Assembly: GCA_001662655.1 (NCBI GenBank)
Contig: KV460212.1
Length of the DNA: 64,000 nt
Strand: one strand, 5' to 3'
DNA from: Pseudogymnoascus verrucosus
Taxonomy: Eukaryota
Shown: positions 36,952 to 47,929 of the stretch, one piece after another
Layout: every line of letters starts with the position of its first letter
How positions within the stretch are numbered: position 1 is the stretch's first letter
Notes under the pieces: generated by a model
What the model was told of the DNA's origin: nothing
The model's database searches: none
The model's input: the letters and a program-made list of their open reading frames with translations, nothing else
Made by a program: the position numbers and the translations under genes

Positions 36952-38138
36952 ATGGCCACGACGACAGCCTTTGCCCTCGTTGCGCTCTCGAAGGCGTTGT
37001 CATGGAATGAGGCCTTGTCCGGCGTGTTTGGCAGCATCAGTTTGGCTACTTGGATTTTCCTGCTGGTGGGCTCACCTGACCTCGGTTCTACGACGAGACT
37101 CTAATACTGGACACAGGTGCCACAGTTGATCCTCAACTACACAACAGGCAGTGCGGATGGCATCTCGCTGGCTTTCCTGACAGTCTGGCTGCTGGGAGAT
37201 ATCACGAATCTAGCTGGTACGTTGTTTCCAGCATTGCCTCGGTCGTTGGAGACCCGTGATGTCTATCCTGTTTCATCCCAAGTTAACAACGTTAGGGGCA
37301 ATATGGGCTGGCCTAGTCCCAACAGTCACTGCCCTCGCAGTGTACTTTTGCTTTGCAGATTTTGTGCTCATCAGCCAGTGTTTGTTTTACAACCACCTCA
37401 ATGCCCGAAGGGAGGCAATCAATGAGGCGGCAGCACCACCCGACTCTGAAGAGGCTCCGCTGCTTGCTCGAGAGCGTAGCAACGAGTCGATAGGGGCTCC
37501 AGGTGCCCGTCGTCGTAGTTCAACTCATCTCAGTCACTCGTCGGGGGCCAGACGTGACTCTCTTGTGAAGATTTTGGAGGACGACGTCTCTGGGAGTGGA
37601 AGTTCGTGGAAGCGGAACACCTGGAGCATCCTCATGGTCATCTTGGTTGGAACAGCCGGCTGGGCCATTGCGTGGCGGTCTGGGGTATGGAGGCCTACGC
37701 CGAATCATCCTGGGGACGTACCTAGCAAAGAACATGTGGCCGTGGGAGCCAGTGTTTTGGGATACCTCAGCGCCGTGTGCTATCTTGGGTAAGTTCGGCC
37801 TTTGAAGTCGGACTGAAAGTATGCTAACGTTCCAGTGCCCGAATCCCCCAGATTATCAAGAATTACAGGGATAAGTCGTGCGAAGGTAGGCACTCTCCTC
37901 ACTTTGTCGTCTTTTGTGTCTAACGCGTGCAGGCTTGTCTCTTCTGTTTTTTGTTCTGTCTCTAATGGGTAACATCACATACGGAGTCAGCATCCTGCTC
38001 CATTCTCTTGAGAGGGAGTATATCATGACGAACCTTCCATGGTTGATCGGATCTTTGGGTACCATCGTCGAGGACGGCTTCATATTTGTACAATTTCGCA
38101 TGTACGCCAGGGACTCTGGAAGTGCAGTGGAAGCATGA
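36952..38138 (+). CDS. PQ-loop vacuolar cationic amino-acid transporter (YPQ/PQLC2 family), multi-exon
   Basis: WIFLL|VPQLILNY...GISLAFLTVWLLGD; second loop ARIPQIIKNY..KSCEGLSLLFF; acidic dileucine SEEAPLL; NLPWLIGSLGT. Confidence 0.9.
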
Positions 38139-38588
38139 GGGTAAGGCCCTGTAGATATTTAAACTGCATATAATTTGTATATATTGTATATACGACAATT
38201 GGATGCCAATATATATACTGCCGTACATGTGAAACGTGGCAACCGATTCAAAGCAATCAAGCCAACGACAATTAAATTTCCACAAGCATGCAAAATCAAT
38301 TCAATACCACACATAAATACCAGAAAGTGTACGGAAAAGTGGTGATGTTTACTCCCTTGAGCTCTCAGCTCGATGTTACTCACCAAAATCTAAAAATAGG
38401 CAGCTCCACCCGCTTCCCCTTTCGACCCTTAGCGATCAAACGCGAAACAGACGACATCCTCGCATCTCAGTAGACCCAACTCCATCACTTTCATCTTTAT
38501 CGCTGTCACTCATTACGCAGCGTGAAGAGCCTCTCCTTAATATACTCACTCTGCTCACAGATTGAGCTCACATTCATTTCAATTGACA

Positions 38589-39593
38589 ATGCGTTTCTCC
38601 ACCATCATTCCTCTGGCCCTGGCCGCCGCTCCAGCCGTCGTCTCGGCCGCTGGGAGCTTGGGTTTCGCCCTTGGTGACAAGAAGACCGACGGCAGCTGCA
38701 AGTTCCAAGCCGACTGGGCAGCCGACCTCAAGGCAATCAGCACTGTCCAGAGCAGCAAGATTGTTCGCACCTACTCGGCTTCCGAGTGCAACACTGCCAA
38801 GGAGATTCTCCCTGCCGCGAAGGCTGCTGGGTTCAAGGTCATCCTGGGTGTCTGGTATGCTATTGACGAAATCTCAGGACCTTGTCACAACTAACGATAC
38901 AGGCCCGATTACGACGACTCCCTGGCGAAGGATGAGGCTGCCCTCATCAAGTACACTCCCGATTACAAGGACCAGGTCTACGCCATCACCGTTGGATCCG
39001 AGACGATGTACCGCGGCAACTTCACCGGCCCCGAACTCTTGCAGAGAATCAACAAGATCAAGAAGGCCGTTCCCGGCTTCAAGGTCGGAACCGCCGACAG
39101 CTGGAACAAATACCAGGATGGAACTGCCGATGCCCTGATCACCGGTGGTGTCGATATCCTGCTCGCCAACGGCTTCTCGTACTGGCAAGGTCAGACCGAC
39201 AGCAACGCCACTGCCAGCTTCTTCGACGACATCATGCAGGCATTCGGACACATCCAGCAGGTCTCTGGCAAGGTTGATGGAGGCATTGAGCTCTGGGTTG
39301 GCGAGACTGGTGAGTGATGACGCTGTGGTCCTCGACATATCTAACACACAATAGGATGGCCCACCGATGGATCCAAGTACCAAGCTGCTGTTCCCAGCCT
39401 CGAGGGCGCCAAGAACTACTGGAAGAAGGCCATCTGCGGCATCACCGCATGGGGCGTCAACGTCTTCTACTTCGAGGCCTTCGATGAGCCATGGAAGCCA
39501 AAGAGCATTGGCCAGGACGGATCGGTTGCCGATGAGACGCACTGGGGAGCATGGAACGCTGACCGCACCCCCAAGTTCTCCATGGAGTGTTAA
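38589..39593 (+). CDS. BGL2: GH17 beta-1,3-glucanase/glucanosyltransferase (Bgl2-like), 3 exons
   Basis: Signal peptide; LGFALG, ITVGSETMYR, VGTADSWNK, ANGFSYWQG, WVGETGWPT, FEAFDEPWK. Confidence 0.9.
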
Positions 39594-40763
39594 GCGATAG
39601 ATGGGAGCAGAGAGGATATCATAGACGCGCGTTTGTACAATTACTATATCTAGATGGAGGGCAATGGTGGGATGTCGTAGAAGGAAATACACTGTTTTGC
39701 AATGTCGTCAAGCTGGATTATCCTCGACCTTGTTGCCCCATTTACCCCGTAAATACTTTTGTCTCCAATATCCCGTCCACTTTTGTTTACTCCATACCGA
39801 ACCATAATGACGCGACGCGACGGACGGACGCGGGTTCAACTCTGGACCCTTTCCCCTTCCCCTTCCCCTTCCCCACATTCCGCCGCGACAGGTACCTCAG
39901 GGTCTAGGGACTCATGTGACTCGAACACGTCAATGAAACAATTTCCACTCCGTCCTACAGAGCATCTCATCGTGAACAGCTTCATCACTTATAATCCCCA
40001 AAATCCTTCATAAATCGCAGTAATTCACCATATATTTTCTGCATTTTACCGTCATTTCGAGACTCATTTAACAAGCGGGCCCTCCCTGGCCCTTCCTCGC
40101 AAACGTGGATCCACTAGGAACGGCCCGTGACCAATTACAATTCGCAAAATCCGCAGATTCCCCAATGTACCCCTGAACTCTCAAGGGACATCCGTCCATC
40201 CTGCCAGTCACACGTAAATTGATGGGGACACGCTCAATCCGGTAATCTCTCCAAGAATAATCTTGAGAGAGATAGAATCACCGTCCTCATCCTCATCCTC
40301 ACCATCAACAAGTCGCCACCATCGTCATCTCTCCCCTGATATCCTTCATCTTCGCATTCGGGCTCTTGCTTTGCACGCCATCTCCGTGTGCTCTTCTACG
40401 ACTCGAGCGAATGTCTACTCCTCCCGTGTCGCGTCCATCAACAATGTCATTTCTTTAGATCTGTGCTGGCCAACTTTTCCTCACGTCGCGTCAGGATATT
40501 GCAGATCATCGCCTTCCAGACTCCAGCAGTCGACTAGACGTTCGCCAGAGAAGACGAAGCTGCAGACGACTTCGATATCGTTTGCGCTCGTCTCACAACC
40601 CCAGGTGTGCTCCTCCGATCCGCCGACGTCGTGGTTGCTCCTTGGTTAACACCGCCTCTCCCATCTAGCAAATATTTCGCTCTCGTCTTCACCGTCTTCG
40701 TCGCGCGCGGCTCCCGTTGCTTCGATAGACTTTATACCCGCGACGCCCGAGTCCGACGACTTC

Positions 40764-43700
40764 GTGCCTGGTTCACCCGCATTCTCTTCGAGCTCGACGG
40801 CGGAAGGAGGTTCCTCTCCTATTCTTCCGCCCCTGCCACAGCCGACCATCAACGGTCGCAGCCTCAACCTCTCCAACACTCCGCCTTCCGAGTCCCGTAC
40901 GGAATCTAGCCGCTACTTTACCAGCTGGGGCTCTCCATACCAGGAACCGGCAGACCCAGTCCCTTCACGCCCGCATCGTGGGACTTTGAGCAGCGATACT
41001 TCCGAAGACTCGCCTCTTCGGAGATTAGACTTTCACTCCCTGCACCTTCGACCCCCGCCTAGCTTTCTCCGTTCCGCTACAGAGCCTGTCGCTGCCCCTG
41101 TGAGTGCCAGCGTATTAGTTAATCGAGCTCGCAGACCGACTCGTGGCTTGACTGAAGATTGGATCAGACAGCATACCGCAACCGAAGATACAGAGATTGA
41201 ACGGTTAGCCTGGCTCAGTGACAGCAATAAATCTGACGAGAAAGGGTACTCTTCACTGAGTAGCTCTGAGGCCGAAGATCAGCTTGAGGAATACGAATTT
41301 GGACAAAAAACGCCAACACTAAAAAGCTTTCTTGAGCGACGCTATAGCAAGCACGACAGCCGACGCCATCTCAGAGGCCCTAGCGCGGAGACTATCCGAC
41401 CAAGGGACGTTCCCAGATACAAGGCGCCTACCAGTATGACTTCCTCGGCGAGTTATGAGACGGCCGCGCAGTCTGTGGCTGGCATTGTCGCACAAGATGA
41501 TGTCTTTGCTGCCTCGCACGACACCCCGCCACCAACTATAGACAAGCCGCTTCCGACACCTCCGGCGGATACCGCTTCAAGTTGGCGCGCAGCGGCGCTG
41601 CCTATGGCGAGCGATGTGGCTCTTGAAGACCTTACACCAAAGCCAATCCCATCCCCAAACCCTGAGCCTCCGAGGCTGAAGACCAAAGTTCCTTGGGGAA
41701 AGAAGAACATATCCATTCTCCTGCCATTAGACGAAGATCGCGGGCAAGAAGGAAAGGGCCCTAAACCATTGACTGAAAAGGATGTCATCTCGATGCTGCG
41801 CGACTGGGAGCAGCTCGGCTACAATGTCACGGGCTTCAACCTCGACGCCGACGGTGAGCCGCATGAAGCAGTGTCCCAGGGGCAAAGCCGAGGCATGTGG
41901 CCGGATGCTACTGAGATACGTCTTGAACGGGACGCCCGTGATTACAGGATCAGCATTCCTGACAGACGACACTGGGATGCATACGTAGAGGAGCTGAAAG
42001 AGGCCAAATTACGAGCTCTCGGAGTATCACTGGGTGATGAAGATCCCATCCCAGCACCTTCACCCGCTCCAACGCTGAGCCGTCAAGCTTCAGCGCAATA
42101 TGGATTACCCTTCCAGCCTCCGCTCCCAACATCGTCTGCTGCTAGCAGCCATGGTACGCAGCCCTCCAAGCTCTTCTCGCCGCCATTGCTTCCTGGCGCT
42201 GGTCCTGCAACAGGACAGAGCTCGTTTGTGGGATCCACCGCGTCAACGTCATCAGGACACGGCCATATGCTGGGAAAGTTTCACAACCCACGCCAATCGA
42301 TTTCATTCTCTGGCGGGGAACACCCATTCGGGTCGCCCTACGGTGGCTCCCAACAGCAGTCTCCTGTCCCATGGTCTCCTCAACAGATGCTATATCAGGG
42401 TATGCATCGTGGTGGTTCTCCATCTGTGCATAATTTCGGTGGATTTGCTTCTCCGGGCTCGCCTTTGCCACAGGACGGTTATTTCCCCAACGAGACCACC
42501 CCAATCGCCGTTCAACCCCAGCGACAGTTCTCCAACCAAATGTCGTTCCATCAAGTCCAGCAATCCATCTCAAGACAGTCCCCACGACTTCATGAGTTCC
42601 AAGCGGATAGCGAAAAGAGCGCTTCAAAGACGCCCGAGGCCAATCAGCCCGCTCATCGCCTCAATCTAAGTGACAGTCTACAGAAGGAAATTGAAGATGC
42701 AGAGTATCATTTGGAAGAACAATTTGAACGTCAATTGGATCATGATGACTACAGCCCTCACTCGGAGCGAGCCCCTGTATCGCCTCCACAAGCGGAGCAG
42801 CAGCAGCAGGAGAAACCCAAGCCAGCCTTTGCAGGCTTGAGTGCTTCCAAATATGCTGATGAAGAAGGGCCTGTTTTATACCACCCGCAACCCCACAGCC
42901 GGGGGCATTCACTTTCCCAGCGTCCATACGATGGAGAAAGTGCCAGCCCCACACTCGCCTCTGAGCCTGCTAAACTGGAGACGTCTGAAAGCTCCGCCAA
43001 TCCAAGTGCTCTAGGCACCCCGAAATTTGTCAACAGCAGCATTCACCAAAGATCTCAGTCCATTGCCACCAACCTATGGGCAGATTCTGAGCCAACCTCT
43101 GGTGCCGAAAAGGCTAGTCGCGGTCATGTGTCCAAGGCTTCAACGTCCAAGCTGAACGTGGCGGCACCAGAGTTCAAGTTCAACGCTTCGACCTCCTCCG
43201 AGTTCAAGTTCAACCCCGCATCTGCCTCCGAGTTTAAATTCAACCCAGCTGCATCCTCAGAGTTCAAGTTCAATCCCGCAAGCACGTTCACACCTAGCAA
43301 ACCCATCTTTGCCGCCCCGCAGCCGGAAGTGTCAGCTTTCAATACCACATTCCAGCCGATCAGTCCCAGCCCAGTGTCGCCTCCAGTCACATTTGGTGGC
43401 AGCAAGATCAACGTCAATGCTGCTCCATTCACACCAGGCCAGAGCGAGTTCAGCTTCTCCTCGTCGGGGCCAATGTTTAGACCTGACGCACCCGAGTTCA
43501 CTCCACTGGCTTCGTACATGTCTGATTCTGCTGGCAGCTCTGCCGAAACACCTGCAAACCTGAGATCGTCCATCTTTGGTAACATTAGCATGAGCCTGTC
43601 CGACATAATCAAGCAGCCCAAAAAGTCCAAGGCCATTCCAATCATTCGGCCAGACACTTCGTCTGGCAAGAGTGGAGATGAGGATGGTGGTGTAGAGGGC

Positions 43701-46700
43701 GAGGACGGCCGCATCACGCAGGGAGACGGCCGATTCAAGAGGTCCAGGGCAGATGTAGGCGATGGCGATTCGGTTCCACTATTTGCCCAGCCTACCATGC
43801 CACTCCAAGAGACGACCCGAGAACAATCCCCACCAAAGGATGCAACTCCAGTTACAGCCAAACCAATTGACAAGGAGAACGCCTCACCGATGGACCTCGA
43901 CCAAGAGCCTCTTCGCATTGTACCGGTGCCGGAGCGTGCTCTGCAGAATCAAACCCGGAGTCGATTCGAGGACTCACCAGACTATGAAGGCAAGGCCTGG
44001 GCTCCATACGAATGGCAGCAACAGGAGGATGCCGTCGACTTCAGCAGGTCCAACCCTCACTCTATCGGCAGCGCCCCGTTCACGGTCTTGGACCAAAACG
44101 TCCCAGCGGAGGAGCCTGCTGCACCCGCGCCACCGGCTGAAAACAATGACCACAAGAAGCATAAGAAGAACTCGCTGTCTGCACTTGCAAAACCATTCCA
44201 ATTCGGTTCAAACTGGTTCGGGACTGAACCGACTGAGCCAGAGGCGTCAGCTCCTACCAATCCATTCGCATATGTTGCCCCCGAGCCCGCAAAAGTCACT
44301 CCTGCACCCCGCAAGGGGCTCGCAAGCTCGAGATATGCGGACCCAACTCCCTCGCCACCACCACATCGAAGCGAGGTCGACGCAGAGGTCGAAGCCAGTG
44401 ATCCTGAAATATCAGCGTTGGAAGAGCCCGCACCACAAAGCCCAGCAGCTTACGACGGAGCTTCTTACATTGCTACCCCGCCTCGGGAGGCTTCGTTCGA
44501 GGAGATCGACGATATCATGCGCCACATCAACGAGGCCGACTCGTCCATGGGTGCTGTCAGACACGTAACGGAGCCCGTCGGCTCGGAGCAGACTCTGCAG
44601 ATGCCGCACAGCGAGTCGTCTCCCATTCGCCTCCATCCACAAAATCTGATGCGCAGCGATGCTCCGAGCCCTAGCCCGCGACGCTTCCAGGCTCTTCCTG
44701 GAGGCCGTGGACAACGAGTCTTCTCCAGGGTTGAAGACGACCCATTCGTGTCTCACTCGCCAATTGCCAGGGCATTCGAGACCTCTCCTATCCACCATCT
44801 CAATGGTGATGAGAGCGTGGAGCCAAGCGACTGGGACAGCGTTTTGGATCGTGATGACGAGTCTAAATTCAACGCTCGATCTCAATTCTTTGACAGCCAT
44901 GTCAATGATATCGTTGGCGGCATTCTGGCCGAAAAGCTAGGGCCCATGGAGCAAGCGTTGCAAGTCATTCAGCTGTCACTTGCAACCTTACGACCACCTT
45001 CGAGCCGCAGAGCCCGCCGCAGTATGTCTGCCGAGTTCCAAGAAAGCGATGCCGACGATGAAGACGACGATGAGGGTCATCGCCGATCACTCAGTCCCAG
45101 GAAGGATCGAAAGCTTGACAAGATGCGAAGCATGATTGCTGAGGCATTTGCAGAGCATCACTCAGTGCAGCGTGCTACGAGCCAACCCGAGGACGTCCAG
45201 GGACACTCTGAGGTCCTCCAAGCTCTCAAGGAGCTTCAAGGCCAGTTTAGCCAACCCAAGCATACTGATGTCGATTTCCGCAATATTGTCGAAAGTGCAA
45301 TTGAGAGCCGGATGCCGGTTGCCCCAGTCGTTGACGATGCTGCGCAAGCCAAGATCGCTGAGCTAGAAGCAAAGGTTTCTGAGATGACGGCAAAGATTAC
45401 ATCCGCCGACGAGAAGATGGAGTTGGAGGTCACGAACCGCCGCACTGCCGAGGATCGTCTGTCTGAGGTCCAGAGGCTTCTCCGAATCTCTTCTGAGGAA
45501 GAGGTGCGACTCCGAGAGTCGCTCGAGGAGCGCGATAAGAAGGTCAAGACTTTGGAGGACACGAGAGCCAAGAATGCAATGAGGTCAAATCTGCTCGAGG
45601 CCAGCTCGCAAAACTCGCAGAAAAATCACTCCGACCTCACCAACAGAATCGCCGTGTTGGAGAAGGACATCGCAGATGCTCGCCAGCAAGGCCGTCAATG
45701 GGAATTTGAGACCCAGAAGGCCACTGAGATGGCCAACGCAAGCAAGGACGATGCCGAGAAAGCGACTGCAGAGTCAACTGCCCTCAGACGTGCAGTCGAG
45801 AGCCTCAAGCTTCAAATGCAGGAGAGTCTCCGCGTCCGCGAGAACTTCCGCAACAAGCTGGGCAACCTGCAAGATGATATGGCCAGGGCAGCCCAGGAAG
45901 TGTCACAGGAGAACGCCCAACGCGCAAAGAAGGAGCAAGCTCTTATTGCGCGACAGGAAGTCCTCGACGCGAGGCTGCAAGCTGAGGCGCGCACCAGAGA
46001 GCGCCTTGAGAAGGAGATCGAGAGGCTTGAAGCTGGTGAACGCGAAGGCATTCGCGCTGTTAACGACTCAAAGAAGCTGGATATTCTCGTGGTTAACCTT
46101 GAGAACGAACTCAATGCCGCCGAGAAGAACGTCCTGCGCCACAAACGCGAGTTTGAGGAGGCTCGCGAGTCCGGCTTGAGCGAAGTCCAGCGAACCAGGA
46201 ACTACATGCAAGCCGAAATTGAAGCAGCCAACAACCAAGTCAATATCGTCAGACAAGACCTCGAGGATCAACTTGCGAGGGTTAGAGCAGACTTGGACCA
46301 CGTCAAGCTTGATGCGGATACTGCCCGAGAGAGGCATGATATGCTGCTAGAGGAGGCGACAGAGTCCAAGGCCAAAGAACTGAATGAACTCATCCGCCGC
46401 CACCAAGACCAGATCGAGGATATGCAAACCCAACATGAGCGCCAGCTCAGCAATACCCTCGAAGACGCACAACGATCTGAGCAGCACCTTCTCGAGAGGC
46501 TGAGCCTGTCATCTGCCAAGACAGAGCACCTTCAAGACCGAGTGGCTCATGTCGAGGAGAAGCTTGAGGTTGCCAAATCGGCGGCTCTTGCTGCGGTACA
46601 AGCTGCCCGAACTGTCAAGGACGCTGCCCAAACACCTGCTCTGTCAATGAAGCTTCCCGAGAAGGTCTCGCCGCAAGCTCTCCGCGAGTCCATCATGGTC

Positions 46701-47480
46701 CTCCAAGAGCAGCTCCAGAACCGCGAACAAACAATCGAGTCGCTTGAGCACCAGCTCGCCGGTGTCGATCTCGATGCGCCAACGAAAATAGCAAAGCGTG
46801 ATGACGAGATCATGTGGCTCCGTGAGCTTCTTGCCGTGCGTGTTGGTGATCTTCAGGATATCATCAACACCATCGGCGAGCCGGGATTCAACCCGGAAAC
46901 TGTCAGGGCAGCCGCCATCCGCCTTCAGGCAAATCTCCAAATGGAGGAGCAAGAGCGCGAGCGTGCGATTAGTGGCGGCTCAGCCATCAACTTGCCAAAC
47001 ATAGCTGCCAGCATCCGCGAGGCAGCATCGCCTCGCGTTGCACAGGTCGTCGGACCGATGGCAGCTGCGTGGGGTAGCTGGCGCAAGACTCGCGAAGGTC
47101 TCCAGCCAGCAAGAGCGAGCCCAGCAGGAACAGTGGCGTCCGGTGCTCAGAGCTTTCTTTCGGGCTTGATGACCCCGCCAGCCACAACAGTACGCCAAAC
47201 TCCACCTCCACCACAGGCCCAGCCGAGTGCGTTCCAGAACACTGGCCGCCGGCTTGCTGCTGCTCAAATGGCAAGAGAAAGGGCAAGTCCCAGGAAGGAG
47301 CTTGCCAAGGGAAAGGCGCGTGCAGGCAGTGCCGATGAGCCACCAGCGACTCCTCCAATGATGCACAGGAGCAACTACGACGCTGATGCACGGGCAGAGG
47401 ATTACAGTGACGCCGGATTTTATGATGATGATGAGAGTACCGTCGATGAAACAATGTTCGGAGCAAATCTAGGGAGGTGA
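40764..47480 (+). CDS. Large disordered/coiled-coil protein (>2000 aa) with PAM2-like motifs; start codon unresolved
   Basis: 6.7-kb open frame; P/S-rich N-terminal half, long heptad-rich region ~45350-46970; no myosin motor P-loop; in-frame stop at 40647 implies an upstream exon or a later ATG. Confidence 0.85.
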   Translation: MPGSPAFSSSSTAEGGSSPILPPLPQPTINGRSLNLSNTPPSESRTESSRYFTSWGSPYQEPADPVPSRPHRGTLSSDTSEDSPLRRLDFHSLHLRPPPSFLRSATEPVAAPVSASVLVNRARRPTRGLTEDWIRQHTATEDTEIERLAWLSDSNKSDEKGYSSLSSSEAEDQLEEYEFGQKTPTLKSFLERRYSKHDSRRHLRGPSAETIRPRDVPRYKAPTSMTSSASYETAAQSVAGIVAQDDVFAASHDTPPPTIDKPLPTPPADTASSWRAAALPMASDVALEDLTPKPIPSPNPEPPRLKTKVPWGKKNISILLPLDEDRGQEGKGPKPLTEKDVISMLRDWEQLGYNVTGFNLDADGEPHEAVSQGQSRGMWPDATEIRLERDARDYRISIPDRRHWDAYVEELKEAKLRALGVSLGDEDPIPAPSPAPTLSRQASAQYGLPFQPPLPTSSAASSHGTQPSKLFSPPLLPGAGPATGQSSFVGSTASTSSGHGHMLGKFHNPRQSISFSGGEHPFGSPYGGSQQQSPVPWSPQQMLYQGMHRGGSPSVHNFGGFASPGSPLPQDGYFPNETTPIAVQPQRQFSNQMSFHQVQQSISRQSPRLHEFQADSEKSASKTPEANQPAHRLNLSDSLQKEIEDAEYHLEEQFERQLDHDDYSPHSERAPVSPPQAEQQQQEKPKPAFAGLSASKYADEEGPVLYHPQPHSRGHSLSQRPYDGESASPTLASEPAKLETSESSANPSALGTPKFVNSSIHQRSQSIATNLWADSEPTSGAEKASRGHVSKASTSKLNVAAPEFKFNASTSSEFKFNPASASEFKFNPAASSEFKFNPASTFTPSKPIFAAPQPEVSAFNTTFQPISPSPVSPPVTFGGSKINVNAAPFTPGQSEFSFSSSGPMFRPDAPEFTPLASYMSDSAGSSAETPANLRSSIFGNISMSLSDIIKQPKKSKAIPIIRPDTSSGKSGDEDGGVEGEDGRITQGDGRFKRSRADVGDGDSVPLFAQPTMPLQETTREQSPPKDATPVTAKPIDKENASPMDLDQEPLRIVPVPERALQNQTRSRFEDSPDYEGKAWAPYEWQQQEDAVDFSRSNPHSIGSAPFTVLDQNVPAEEPAAPAPPAENNDHKKHKKNSLSALAKPFQFGSNWFGTEPTEPEASAPTNPFAYVAPEPAKVTPAPRKGLASSRYADPTPSPPPHRSEVDAEVEASDPEISALEEPAPQSPAAYDGASYIATPPREASFEEIDDIMRHINEADSSMGAVRHVTEPVGSEQTLQMPHSESSPIRLHPQNLMRSDAPSPSPRRFQALPGGRGQRVFSRVEDDPFVSHSPIARAFETSPIHHLNGDESVEPSDWDSVLDRDDESKFNARSQFFDSHVNDIVGGILAEKLGPMEQALQVIQLSLATLRPPSSRRARRSMSAEFQESDADDEDDDEGHRRSLSPRKDRKLDKMRSMIAEAFAEHHSVQRATSQPEDVQGHSEVLQALKELQGQFSQPKHTDVDFRNIVESAIESRMPVAPVVDDAAQAKIAELEAKVSEMTAKITSADEKMELEVTNRRTAEDRLSEVQRLLRISSEEEVRLRESLEERDKKVKTLEDTRAKNAMRSNLLEASSQNSQKNHSDLTNRIAVLEKDIADARQQGRQWEFETQKATEMANASKDDAEKATAESTALRRAVESLKLQMQESLRVRENFRNKLGNLQDDMARAAQEVSQENAQRAKKEQALIARQEVLDARLQAEARTRERLEKEIERLEAGEREGIRAVNDSKKLDILVVNLENELNAAEKNVLRHKREFEEARESGLSEVQRTRNYMQAEIEAANNQVNIVRQDLEDQLARVRADLDHVKLDADTARERHDMLLEEATESKAKELNELIRRHQDQIEDMQTQHERQLSNTLEDAQRSEQHLLERLSLSSAKTEHLQDRVAHVEEKLEVAKSAALAAVQAARTVKDAAQTPALSMKLPEKVSPQALRESIMVLQEQLQNREQTIESLEHQLAGVDLDAPTKIAKRDDEIMWLRELLAVRVGDLQDIINTIGEPGFNPETVRAAAIRLQANLQMEEQERERAISGGSAINLPNIAASIREAASPRVAQVVGPMAAAWGSWRKTREGLQPARASPAGTVASGAQSFLSGLMTPPATTVRQTPPPPQAQPSAFQNTGRRLAAAQMARERASPRKELAKGKARAGSADEPPATPPMMHRSNYDADARAEDYSDAGFYDDDESTVDETMFGANLGR

Positions 47481-47929
47481 TAGCCCCGCCTTAATATCTA
47501 TCAAAACATTTTCCTTTGTCATAGTGTAGAGAACAGAAAGAGATACCCAGAGCAAGCGCGAGCGAGTGCGAAATCTTGGGCAGATTGTTATAATTAGGCT
47601 TTCTTTGTACCGTATATTTTTGCAAAAGGTTGGCAGACGAGTGGGTTAGATACTCACTGTAATGAACATAATTTTTATATCAAATATATAATTGCAACTT
47701 GATTTTTATCCTATCCCTTGAATGAAGAAATGCTCGAATGTCTGTCTATGTTCTCAGATTATATAAACTGCACTTGAGGTTCTTACGGCCACCGTATTAG
47801 ATGGGCACATCTCGCAACCTTTGGGGATAAATTTATCGAGGGGCTCGTCTCGTATCTCTTACTCACCCCAGCAATTGTTGTGTCACTGTGGCCAGAGATG
47901 TCACCGGCGTCCAGGTCTCTCCATGATTC

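Noticed and set aside
40764..47480. Myosin heavy chain call
   Set aside because: Coiled coil only; no motor-domain GESGAGKT motif
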